Positions 39,571-48,748 of a stretch of 64,000 nucleotides of DNA are shown piece after piece. The notes below the pieces were generated by a model. It saw only the letters and a list, made by a program, of their open reading frames with translations. It was not told the origin of the DNA and searched no databases. A program made the position numbers and the translations under genes. Position 1 is the stretch's first letter, and every line of letters begins with the position of its first letter. The stretch covers positions 160,001-224,000 of the forward strand of contig JBGPGO010000003.1 of NCBI GenBank assembly GCA_041483895.1. The letters are read 5' to 3'. This DNA comes from Fimbriimonadia bacterium (lineage in GTDB: Bacteria; Armatimonadota; Fimbriimonadia; Fimbriimonadales; JABRVX01).

Positions 39571-40230
39571 TTAGGCGCCCGTCGCTTCCGGAATCGATTT
39601 TTTCAAGGCGTCGAATACCTCTGTGGCAAACCGCTGGATCAGATTCAGGTCTTCGTTCTTCTTGCCGGAGGAGTCCAGTACGATAAATCGGAAGAAATAT
39701 CCTTGGCCCATCGGGATGCCGAGAGTCTTAGACAAGGTGAGCGACATCACTTGCCGGAAGGGGTCGGCCGTGAAGCCCCATGGTCCCAAGAAAAAGTAGA
39801 TTGCCGTGGTCTGCGATCCGGAAACGCTGTTCGTCATCGACAGAACGACCGCCGGGATATTTTTTCCGCCGATATTCAATGTCTTGATTTCGTTTTGATC
39901 CAACCGCCAATTCTGATTTCGGAAGCATATCTGTGGATCATGAAAGGCGTTGGACGACGTGCTGGAAACGAGCGTGAAATCCAAATGATGATTGTCCGGT
40001 CCGGAATAGATCGCGCTGATCATGCCGTCCGGGCTAAGGGCGTCCCACGTCGCCTGATCGACATCCATGGTCTTTAGCAGTGGGAAGTTCGGACATGAGT
40101 TTGGCACGCGCGCTTCATAATAGGCCTGGTTCGGCTTTTTGGCCGCCTTGTTTGGGATCACCGTTGCGGCAACCCCTGCAGCCAGCAAGAGCGTGATTAC
40201 GTGGATTGCATTTCTTCTCAATCTTTCCAT
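39571..40230 (-). CDS. Exosortase-associated EpsI-like protein
   Basis: N-terminal TM, FHDPQICFRNQNW motif; follows the exosortase gene. Confidence 0.8.
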   Translation of the reverse strand: MERLRRNAIHVITLLLAAGVAATVIPNKAAKKPNQAYYEARVPNSCPNFPLLKTMDVDQATWDALSPDGMISAIYSGPDNHHLDFTLVSSTSSNAFHDPQICFRNQNWRLDQNEIKTLNIGGKNIPAVVLSMTNSVSGSQTTAIYFFLGPWGFTADPFRQVMSLTLSKTLGIPMGQGYFFRFIVLDSSGKKNEDLNLIQRFATEVFDALKKSIPEATGA

Positions 40231-41072
40231 CCCAACCTCCGAGCCAGCCAAAATAGAACGCCGTAGGCAATTACCAACTCCAGATAACTGCCGTAGTCGT
40301 GAAACCAACTTCCCGCTCTTTCCCCGAAATTCTCCCCGAACACTCCGATCATCGCAATCCGCCAGCTATTTACGACCAGCGCCACGGGTACCAGCACGAC
40401 GAACATGACTCCAATCCGCCACCAGTTGAATTTTGCAATGGATGAGAAGAAAAGGGCGAACATGAGCAGCGCCATCGTCAATTTGAACCCACTGCATGGC
40501 ACACCAACGTATAATTCGTAGTTATCCAGATGGATCTGGGAGTTGTTTATCATGGTGGGCGCGAAACCGAGCACGTCGAGCATCTTCACCGCGATCTTCG
40601 TTGAATACACCTGGCCAACATTTGTGAACTGCGTGAAAATATATTCCGGCAATGGCAGCATGAATCCCATCAGGATAATTGGGATCGTAAGCCGACGGGT
40701 CATCTTCGTCCCGAATGTATAGATGCACGCTCCCACGATGAACAGCATGAAGCCGACCTGCGAGACGAACTGGCTCAGAACGTGCGACCCCCACCAGGCC
40801 AGCAACACCGAGAGTATCAGCAAGCCCATCCCCAAAGGCGCCGGCCGAACCTCTACCTTTTTTAGATCATCGCGCATCCGGTAGATCATATATCCCACAA
40901 GGAACGGAACAAAGACACCGTGCTGGTAGTAACCGTTCGTCTCCCACCACTGCGCCCATGCGAATCGCAACATGTAGTGGAAGGCGAAGATCACCGCGGC
41001 CGTAAAGAGCCCAATCAGGATCCAGTCCCGATTGTCCAGCTTTGGGAGCTCGAACTTCACAGCCTTAATCAA
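40218..41072 (-). CDS. Exosortase (EpsH family)
   Basis: YQHG..VP, PCSG catalytic Cys, NSWRI Arg, FHD His; about 8 TMs. Confidence 0.92.
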   Translation of the reverse strand: MIKAVKFELPKLDNRDWILIGLFTAAVIFAFHYMLRFAWAQWWETNGYYQHGVFVPFLVGYMIYRMRDDLKKVEVRPAPLGMGLLILSVLLAWWGSHVLSQFVSQVGFMLFIVGACIYTFGTKMTRRLTIPIILMGFMLPLPEYIFTQFTNVGQVYSTKIAVKMLDVLGFAPTMINNSQIHLDNYELYVGVPCSGFKLTMALLMFALFFSSIAKFNWWRIGVMFVVLVPVALVVNSWRIAMIGVFGENFGERAGSWFHDYGSYLELVIAYGVLFWLARRLGWKD

Positions 41073-41626
41073 ATTACATCCCCTGCCTTTTTCTTAAACG
41101 TCCAAAATCGGTTCATAAAGAAATTCCAGAACATGACGATAAAAATCGCTATCAGATTGTATGGCAGCATCTCTCGGGCGCTCAGGCCCTCCTTGTGCGG
41201 CACCAACGCGTAAACCAACCCGGCGCGCAATGCCATACCAGAATACGCAACGACGAAGAATTTCTTCATCTGCGATCCCGCGGTCCCCGGCTCCGTTGCC
41301 CGGAATGTCCACCGCCGGTTCCAATAAAAGGCGTTTGCCGTCCCGATGATGCCGCTCGAAATCACGCTCGTCATGGCCGCGGCCAGCTTCTGTTCGTCCG
41401 GCGCGATGGCAAGCGGCGTCAGAACCGATAGGCACCAATCCGCCATTGCATACGGAATGAACCGGAAAAAGTGCCACAAAACGTAGTTGGAGGCGAGGTC
41501 CAACACTGTGCTCGTCCCACCGACGATGGCGAACTTGACGAACTGCCGAACGCCTTCCGGCTTCGTCCGTATCCACTCCTGAAATCCTGATTTTTCCATT
41601 GGTGGCGACAAACTTCCGTTAGCCAT
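41069..41626 (-). CDS. GtrA family protein
   Basis: QFVKFAIVGG, FYWNRRWTF, WNFFMNRFWTF. Confidence 0.9.
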   Translation of the reverse strand: MANGSLSPPMEKSGFQEWIRTKPEGVRQFVKFAIVGGTSTVLDLASNYVLWHFFRFIPYAMADWCLSVLTPLAIAPDEQKLAAAMTSVISSGIIGTANAFYWNRRWTFRATEPGTAGSQMKKFFVVAYSGMALRAGLVYALVPHKEGLSAREMLPYNLIAIFIVMFWNFFMNRFWTFKKKAGDVI

Positions 41627-41627
41627 A

Positions 41628-42506
41628 TTACCGTGCGCCTCCCGCACCGAACTTGAGCGCCAGGATGCAGCTGGCCATCCACAGCACAACCGTCAACCCT
41701 ATATGAATATCGGTAAAAAGGATTCTATCCGGGGAGCCGCTCTCTTGGTTCGAATAAATGTGATATAGGTACCTAAGTACTCCATACAGGACGAACGGGA
41801 TAGTGAACATGAGGTAGGGATTGTTGCGGCCGGTGCTGGAATCGATGGTATAGAGAGCATAGGATAGGACGGACGACGTGGCGCTGAGCCCCACCGCCTG
41901 GTCCAGGAGACCTGTGGTGTAGGCCGAAAGTGAGGGCCTGTGCGCGCTTGCGGCGCCCAACAGGTTCAATTCATGCCGCCGCTTTCCGAAGCCCAGGAAT
42001 AACGCCAACACCAGGGTGCAAAGGAAGAGCCACGGCGAAAATTGCACCCGCAGGACGACCGCTCCGGCAAGCGCCCGCAAGACGAAGCCGGTGGCGATAA
42101 GGAATACGTCCAGCAGCACCACGTTCTTCAGGCCAAGGGTGTACGCTGCCTGGAGCGCTATATAGGCAACTCCCACCACCCCAAACCGAAGCTCGATTTG
42201 AAAGGCAAAGACCAGGCATATGGATATCAAAATCGCGGCAAGAACAATCGCTGCCATGACAGGCAGATCGCCGGACGCGATGGGGCGTCTGCGTTTCTCG
42301 GGATGGGCTGCATCCCGTTCCTTGTCCATCACATCGTTGAGCAGATACACGCCGCTGGACAGGCCGCAAAACAGTCCGAATGCCAAGAACGATGTCCGAG
42401 TGGCCGCCGCATTGGTGAACTGTTGCCCGAAAACCAGGCCGCCGAATATGAGCAGGTTCTTGGCCCATTGGCGTGGCCGAAGAGCGATCAAAATGGCTAC
42501 CGGCAA
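41628..42506 (-). CDS. UbiA-family decaprenyl-phosphate phosphoribosyltransferase-like protein
   Basis: LRPRQWAKN, YLLNDVMD.ERD..HPEKRRRPIASG, KRRHE. Confidence 0.88.
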   Translation of the reverse strand: MPVAILIALRPRQWAKNLLIFGGLVFGQQFTNAAATRTSFLAFGLFCGLSSGVYLLNDVMDKERDAAHPEKRRRPIASGDLPVMAAIVLAAILISICLVFAFQIELRFGVVGVAYIALQAAYTLGLKNVVLLDVFLIATGFVLRALAGAVVLRVQFSPWLFLCTLVLALFLGFGKRRHELNLLGAASAHRPSLSAYTTGLLDQAVGLSATSSVLSYALYTIDSSTGRNNPYLMFTIPFVLYGVLRYLYHIYSNQESGSPDRILFTDIHIGLTVVLWMASCILALKFGAGGAR

Positions 42507-42553
42507 TGGCCTCCTCCCTGTCGTCGAGAGGGGCTGATCGGTTGTTGTTGCGC

Positions 42554-43492
42554 TCAGGACGTCACCACCGGATGCCTGGCCGATTCCGCTGCCATGTCCG
42601 CAAGGCCCTTCGCGAAATCAACTTTCGCCTGGAACGGCAGTAGTTCGGCGGCAAGACGCACGTCGGCGGCGCTCAGGCGAATATCGCCGGGCCGCTCAGA
42701 TTGAAACTGCGGTTCGATGTTGATTCCGAGGGCGTTGTTGAGGCCCGTGATCAGCTCGAGCAGATCGTGCGTATGTCCGGATGCGACGTTGATCGATCGG
42801 TCGCACAAATCGGGCCGATGGGCGGCGGTGACAAATGCCGTGACCACATCGGAGACATGGATAAAGTCCCGGCGCTGCTTGCCGTCGCCGTACACGATGG
42901 GTGGCAACCCGGCGACCATTCGGGACAGGAAGATCGGAACCACCGCCGCATACGTCGAGTCATGTCGCTGCCCTGGCCCAAACACGTTGAAAAGGCGCAG
43001 AGACAGGACCGGCAGCCCGAATTCCCTCGAGTACAGGCCGGCCAGCCGTTCCGTTTCTAATTTGGAAAAACCATAGGGCGAGAGCGGTGCCGTCGGGTCC
43101 GTTTCCGAAACCGGCTTGCCGTCGGTTTGCCCATATACGGCGGCGGAACTGGCCAGCACGCAGCACTTGACTCCATGCAGCCGGGCCTCTTCAAGGACAT
43201 TGAGGGTGCCCATCACGTTGACGGAATAGGTGTACCGTGGATTCTTCATCGAATTCGGTACGGAGATGTCCGCGGCAAGATGAATGACGCGATCGACGCC
43301 CGGCATTGCCTTTCTGACATCCAGCTCATCGCGAACATCCCCATATATGAAGTCCGTGCCGATGCACACCTGGTCCCGATGTCCCGTGCTCAGATTGTCA
43401 AGAATCCGGACCTCCGCCCCGGCAGCCAGCAAATGGGAACAGATATGCGGGCCAATAAAGCCTGCCCCACCGGTGACGAGAAGCCGTTCCAC
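42554..43492 (-). CDS. NAD-dependent epimerase/dehydratase
   Basis: TGGAGFIG, SSAAVYG, YGFSK, NVFGPGQ. Confidence 0.93.
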   Translation of the reverse strand: MERLLVTGGAGFIGPHICSHLLAAGAEVRILDNLSTGHRDQVCIGTDFIYGDVRDELDVRKAMPGVDRVIHLAADISVPNSMKNPRYTYSVNVMGTLNVLEEARLHGVKCCVLASSAAVYGQTDGKPVSETDPTAPLSPYGFSKLETERLAGLYSREFGLPVLSLRLFNVFGPGQRHDSTYAAVVPIFLSRMVAGLPPIVYGDGKQRRDFIHVSDVVTAFVTAAHRPDLCDRSINVASGHTHDLLELITGLNNALGINIEPQFQSERPGDIRLSAADVRLAAELLPFQAKVDFAKGLADMAAESARHPVVTS

Positions 43493-44176
43493 CTAGTAGG
43501 CGCCCGAGCCTTTCATTACGGCCGGGATTGTGAGCAGCAAAATCTTAAGGTCCAGCCAAAAAGACATGTGCTCAATGTAAAAACGGTCCATCTCCACCCA
43601 ATCCTTGAACGAAACGTCGCTTCGCCCGCAGACCTGCCACAGACAGCTGATTCCCGGCGTCACGCAGAGCCGCTCGAAGCTGATATCGTCGTACTTTTCG
43701 ACCTCCCTGGGCAAAGGCGGCCTGGGACCAACGAGGCTCATGTCGCCTCGCAGGACATTGATCAGTTGGGGAAGCTCATCGAGGCTGTATTTTCGCAGAA
43801 ACTTCCCGACCGGCGTCACGCGCGGATCGTCTCTGATTTTGAAGATCGGACCGTCCTTCTCGTTCTTCGATACCAGTTCGTTCAGCCGCTGTTCCGCATC
43901 CATGTACATCGACCGAAATTTGAGGAATTCGAACGTCCTGCCGCGCAACCCGACGCGCCTTTGGCGAAAGACTACGGGCCCGGGAGATGTCAACCTTACA
44001 CAGATGGCAATCGTCAGCATCACCGGGAACAGAGCCACGAGCAAGAAGCCGGATCCCACGATATCCAATAGCCGCTTGAATATCGAATACCGTACATTGC
44101 GCTCCGGGATCCGCCGCTCCAAGATCGAAATGGTCTCGACGGCGGCCCCCGACTTGTCGTACCTCATGCCACTCAC
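43493..44176 (-). CDS. Sugar transferase (priming phosphoglycosyl transferase)
   Basis: KRLLDI, KFRSM, DPRVT, SLDELPQL.NVLRGDMSLVGPRP. Confidence 0.95.
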   Translation of the reverse strand: MSGMRYDKSGAAVETISILERRIPERNVRYSIFKRLLDIVGSGFLLVALFPVMLTIAICVRLTSPGPVVFRQRRVGLRGRTFEFLKFRSMYMDAEQRLNELVSKNEKDGPIFKIRDDPRVTPVGKFLRKYSLDELPQLINVLRGDMSLVGPRPPLPREVEKYDDISFERLCVTPGISCLWQVCGRSDVSFKDWVEMDRFYIEHMSFWLDLKILLLTIPAVMKGSGAY

Positions 44177-44233
44177 CGACTGGACGCTCTCCTTCTTCCT
44201 GGTTCATCCAGGGGTCAAACCAGCAGATTGAGT

Positions 44234-46468
44234 CTATGCTTCGTCGTCATCGTCTTCTATCGTTGGCCGCGGCATGGGCTTCGGCTTCGGTCTGCCAAAC
44301 TTCTTGCGTTCGGCGCCGTTGTCCAGCGTACTTGCTCGCGATACGCTGGCGCCGGCCAGCTCGCGACCGAGCAGGGAGGCCTCGTACGCGCGCTTGTAGC
44401 TGATGTATCCGTGGCAGTCCTCGGGTCGAACCTTGTTTAGCGCCACGCCGACGATGTTGACCCCGAGGCGCTCGAGACGCCTATGGAAGTCCATCTCCGC
44501 CGCGGTTGCCGGCGACCCTGCCTCATGCACCAGCAGGACATTCTGAACCCCGCCGGCGATGACATCCGCGTCAGCGAACGTCGATCCGGACGGACTGTCG
44601 AAGATGATGAAATCCGTGGCCTTGGAGACCTGCTCGATGAACCGCTCAAAATTTTCATCCCGAAGCAGTCTGACCGGGTTGCTCGGCGGCTTGCCGGCGG
44701 TGACGATGAGGAGCCGGTCCACCGGGGTCGGCATGGCAACATCCTCGATGTTGGCGGTGCCGGAAAGGATATCGACGAGTCCGGCGCGATTCTCAACATC
44801 GAAGTGCCGGTGCAGCGATGGCTCACGAAGGTCCGCGTCGACCAGCACCACGCGCGCCCCGTCGCGTGCCAGGGCGACCGCCAAATTCGCGGCAACCGAG
44901 CTGCGGCCGGAGTTCGGTTCGGCGCTTGCGACAACCAGCGACGGTCCTTGCATTCTCCCCCGCGTCTCCATCAAGTTTGTGGACAGGATCTGGAACGCGA
45001 CGGAAAGCGGGGATGGGCTGTCAATCGTTTTGGGCAGCTCGGCCTGGCGAGTTCGGGGCAGGGACGCGATGACCGGGAAGCCGAGGGCGTTCTCGGCCTG
45101 GCTCGGATTGTAGGCGCCGGCATCGAACTGGCCGAGGATCAGCACGAGGCCAACCGACAACGCAAAGCTCAATCCGAAGGCAAGCGCCACTTTGATCCAT
45201 GTCTTTTTCAGGATGATCGGCGCGAATGGGCTGTCCACCATCGTGATGTTTAGCTGCGTTGACTTGGCCTGCTTGATTTTCGCTTCCGTCAATCGGGTGT
45301 TCAGTAGATCGATGTCGTTGCTGCGCGCCCTGAATTCCGTTTCCAGAACAGACAATTCTTTTTCTTTTGACGGAATTTCATCCAACTTCTGATCAATGTC
45401 AGTGATCTGCTCGTTGCACTTCAAGATTGTTGCGGAGGCCATCGCGTTCTGTGCAACGGCTCTGTCAACGCTTTCCTGCGCTGTCATGCGTTGCGGATTT
45501 CGCTGTGTGGATTCGCCGATCTGCTTCATCACGTCTCCGGCTTTCTCGATCACAGCCATTTGTTTGATGATTGCTTGGAGTTGCTTGCTGCGCTCCTTCA
45601 TCTTTGGGTGATTGGGACCCAGCGTCTGGGAATCGGCTACCAATTGCGCTTCGAAGCTGGCGCGCGACAACTGGAGCTGTGCGTAGACCGGATTCAGCTG
45701 GGTGTTCTCCGCAGCAATAATCATCGGTTTATTCTTCTGCGCGATGAACTGTGACGTGTACACCTGAAGCCCTCTTTGGCCCATGATCAGATTTCTTTGC
45801 GCTTCGTTCCGCCGCGTCATCAATTCCGACTTCATCCCCACGAGATTGCTTGTTTCCGCTTGCAGAGAGACCGCCTTATTGGCCTTTTTATACGAGGTGA
45901 GATCATCGACCGCTTGCACAAATTGGGTTTTCGAGTCCTCAAGCTGCTTCTGGATGAACTCTGTTTCCTGGCTGCTTTGTTGGCTGTTCAGAGCAATGTA
46001 GTGCTCGCGGAAGTTCTCATAGAGACGCTGAATTCCTTTCAAAGCCTCTTTTTGCGTATCGGCGCGGAAGTGGACGCGAATGTGCTCAGAGCCACGGACC
46101 GGCTCAATTTCCACACGGTTCTTGAACTCTTCCCGTATCGCTTCCGGGGACCCAGAGGACGGCTTCCATTCGCCGTAGTTGATCAAATCTCTTAGGGTCT
46201 TGTCGAAAACCGTGTAGCTGCCGATCGTCTGCATAAGGTTGTTGATGCGCGTTTCCGGATCCATGATCCGTTGCGACAAGTCCGGATAGATGCTTACCTT
46301 GGATTCCTCATTCAATCGAGTTTCCGTTACGGTCACAAAGCCGTCGTATTGCGGGGGAGCAAGGATCGACAGCAACGCCGTGATCAGGCAGATCGGCAAG
46401 ACGATCATTGCGATAATCCACCACCGGCGCCGGATTGGCGAGAGAAACTGAAATATTCCTGTTTGCAT
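44234..46468 (-). CDS. Wzc/GumC-like polysaccharide co-polymerase with tyrosine-kinase-like domain
   Basis: Two TMs flanking a coiled coil (GPNHP); LVDADLR.P, IIFDSP; degenerate Walker A. Confidence 0.88.
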   Translation of the reverse strand: MQTGIFQFLSPIRRRWWIIAMIVLPICLITALLSILAPPQYDGFVTVTETRLNEESKVSIYPDLSQRIMDPETRINNLMQTIGSYTVFDKTLRDLINYGEWKPSSGSPEAIREEFKNRVEIEPVRGSEHIRVHFRADTQKEALKGIQRLYENFREHYIALNSQQSSQETEFIQKQLEDSKTQFVQAVDDLTSYKKANKAVSLQAETSNLVGMKSELMTRRNEAQRNLIMGQRGLQVYTSQFIAQKNKPMIIAAENTQLNPVYAQLQLSRASFEAQLVADSQTLGPNHPKMKERSKQLQAIIKQMAVIEKAGDVMKQIGESTQRNPQRMTAQESVDRAVAQNAMASATILKCNEQITDIDQKLDEIPSKEKELSVLETEFRARSNDIDLLNTRLTEAKIKQAKSTQLNITMVDSPFAPIILKKTWIKVALAFGLSFALSVGLVLILGQFDAGAYNPSQAENALGFPVIASLPRTRQAELPKTIDSPSPLSVAFQILSTNLMETRGRMQGPSLVVASAEPNSGRSSVAANLAVALARDGARVVLVDADLREPSLHRHFDVENRAGLVDILSGTANIEDVAMPTPVDRLLIVTAGKPPSNPVRLLRDENFERFIEQVSKATDFIIFDSPSGSTFADADVIAGGVQNVLLVHEAGSPATAAEMDFHRRLERLGVNIVGVALNKVRPEDCHGYISYKRAYEASLLGRELAGASVSRASTLDNGAERKKFGRPKPKPMPRPTIEDDDDEA

Positions 46469-46490
46469 CGTACTGCTCCCTGCGATAAGT

Positions 46491-47450
46491 CTAGCGAAGT
46501 GCGTTCGTCAAAGCGTCGAATGGGTTGGCCCGCAATAATACTGTAGTAATGTACAGCGTATCCATCATGTTCTTGAACCGAGTCGTATCGAGATTGTTCG
46601 TCTTCGGAACCAATACGAAGTCCTGTCGCTCCAAAACAATATCCTTATTCGGATTCTGCAGTGCCTCAAAGTAGTTGACCTTCATCTTCGTCTGCTTTGC
46701 CGGATTGTACGGGTCCGTTCGGAAAATCGTAACCTTGGTCAATTGTCCGCGTTCAAAAGTACCGCCCTTGGCGTTGGCAATCGCTTCCGTCATACGCATG
46801 CCTTCACGAAAGCCCTGTGGACCTGGACTGTTGACTTCGCCCGCGACCGTGATGTAGCCCTTTTCGTCTCTGGGGACGATGAGCTGATCCCCGTCCTTGA
46901 GCAAGTAATTCTGATCGTCTCGACCCTCTTGAATGAGCGTGCGCAGATCGATCGGCACCTGTTCGGGGCTGTCCTTGCGCTGGAATATCGCGCCGCGCAT
47001 ATCGGCAACTCCGGCGACCGGGCCGCCGGCAAGTCCGATAAGATCTCGCAGCCGCTGCCCGGGTCGGAATTCATATTGATTGGGCGCCCGCATGGTTTCT
47101 TGGCCAATGACCGTGGCGCGGGGTTTTCGGAAATTCACCACCGTGATATTGACTGTCGGTTCGACGAGTATGCCGGCCGCCACCAGACGCTGCTCGATCT
47201 CTTCTTTGATTTCAGCGACCGTTCGGTTCTTGATTTTAACCTGGCCGATGTACGGATAGCTCATAAATCCGTCCGTGCCCACCGTCGCCTGCATGTTGCG
47301 TTCGGTCTCTTCAGCCAACGTAATAAATATTACGTCCTCTTCCTGCAAACGGTAATCCGGGGCGGGAGCGACACCAGACGGCGTCGGATTCTGGGCAAGC
47401 GCTGTGGACAACACTCCCAACAAACTTACAAAAATGGTCAGAATGCGCAT
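46491..47450 (-). CDS. Polysaccharide export protein (Poly_export plus SLBB)
   Basis: YRLQEED, DG..SYPYIG, GEVNSPG, SLBB repeats. Confidence 0.88.
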   Translation of the reverse strand: MRILTIFVSLLGVLSTALAQNPTPSGVAPAPDYRLQEEDVIFITLAEETERNMQATVGTDGFMSYPYIGQVKIKNRTVAEIKEEIEQRLVAAGILVEPTVNITVVNFRKPRATVIGQETMRAPNQYEFRPGQRLRDLIGLAGGPVAGVADMRGAIFQRKDSPEQVPIDLRTLIQEGRDDQNYLLKDGDQLIVPRDEKGYITVAGEVNSPGPQGFREGMRMTEAIANAKGGTFERGQLTKVTIFRTDPYNPAKQTKMKVNYFEALQNPNKDIVLERQDFVLVPKTNNLDTTRFKNMMDTLYITTVLLRANPFDALTNALR

Positions 47451-47682
47451 TAAAAAACCTCCATCCGAGTCCTGTTCCACCTGCTTCGGTTGGCTACCCC
47501 GTTGAATTTTCGGGTACGACGCCAGTTCGCCACAGGTGAATGCAGTTCAATACGGAACACAGTTCGCTATCATCACCCTTAAGCAACCGATTGTATCTAC
47601 TTTTTTTTATTTCCCAGGCATTTTCATGCCTTGTTGTGTGAAAAAGTTGCAATTGCCCTCGCACAGTTACGGGGTTCTGCCA

Positions 47683-47973
47683 TTAATTCGGGGTCAGCTT
47701 GCAACAGCCGGGACCGCATGCCTCGGGTTCCGCCTTCGGCTCCGACTTGGGAGCTTCTGCCTGCTCGGTCTTCGGGGCGTCCGTTTGGCCGCCGCTTCCG
47801 GCATAGTCATTGATATGGAATCCGCTCCCTTTGAAAGCGATGCCGACCGGGAATATCAGCTTGGACACCGGCCCGCCGCACTTCTCGCACTTCTTGATTG
47901 GGGGCGCGGTGAAGCTCTGGACGACTTCGAACTGATGTCCACATTTCTTACATTGGTAGCCGTAGGTTGGCAT
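47683..47973 (-). CDS. FmdB family zinc-ribbon protein
   Basis: MPTYGYQCKKCG...CEKCGG...FKGSGFH.NDY. Confidence 0.92.
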   Translation of the reverse strand: MPTYGYQCKKCGHQFEVVQSFTAPPIKKCEKCGGPVSKLIFPVGIAFKGSGFHINDYAGSGGQTDAPKTEQAEAPKSEPKAEPEACGPGCCKLTPN

Positions 47974-47980
47974 TCTGCAG

Positions 47981-48748
47981 TCAAACTCCTTTGGTCGAAC
48001 TAGGCTCGCGCAGCACCTTCATCACGAAAATCGGCAGCGCGGCCACCTTCTTAAACTTTCTCGGATTGAGGGCCAGTCGCCAGGCCCACTCCATTCTCAA
48101 TTTCTGCACAAAGCGCGGGGCTCTCCGGGCGACGCCGGCGAATACGTCGAGCGTACCACCGACTCCCATCGATACGGGAACCCGCAAATTTCGCATGTTC
48201 CGGGCGATCCACTGTTCCTGCTTCGGCATCCCCATCGCGACCAACAGCACATCGGGTTCCGCGGCTCTAATTCGATTGAGTATCTCCGGTTCGCCGGTTT
48301 CGTCGAAAAAGCCGTTGTCCGTCCCCACGATATGGCAGCCCGGATACTTGGCTTCCAGATGCCGGGACGCCCGGACCGCAATCCCCGGTCCCCCGCCCAA
48401 AAGGTATATGCGGTATCCAGATTCTACGCTGCGGCGGCACAATTCATCAGCAATATCACATCCGGAGACCCGATCGGCCAGGTGCGCCCCCTTGCGCCGA
48501 AGCGCCCATACCACGCCGGTGCTGTCAGGAGTTACGAGGTCGGCGCGATTCAAAAGGTCCCGCCATGCCGGATCGTCCGTCGCCATGACCAGGCCGCTGG
48601 CATCGGCGGTAATGATTAGGCGGGGAATTCGCTCTTTGATGAACTGATCCAGGATGTTCAGCGTCTCGGTCATGGAAACCAGGTGCACAGTGCAGCCGAG
48701 TACGCTGGCGGAAGGGATCGAATTCTTAGCGAGTTCGAGCGACGTCAC
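47981..48748 (-). CDS. WecB/TagA/CpsF family glycosyltransferase
   Basis: TPDSTG, RVSG.D, AMGMPKQE.W, GVGG..D, EW.WRL..NP. Confidence 0.93.
   Translation of the reverse strand: MTSLELAKNSIPSASVLGCTVHLVSMTETLNILDQFIKERIPRLIITADASGLVMATDDPAWRDLLNRADLVTPDSTGVVWALRRKGAHLADRVSGCDIADELCRRSVESGYRIYLLGGGPGIAVRASRHLEAKYPGCHIVGTDNGFFDETGEPEILNRIRAAEPDVLLVAMGMPKQEQWIARNMRNLRVPVSMGVGGTLDVFAGVARRAPRFVQKLRMEWAWRLALNPRKFKKVAALPIFVMKVLREPSSTKGV

Noticed and set aside
47616..47631. Sigma54 site upstream of the polysaccharide export gene (AGGCATGAAAATGC on the minus strand)
   Set aside because: GG-to-GC spacing is 9 rather than 10 nt; it is a palindrome of unknown role
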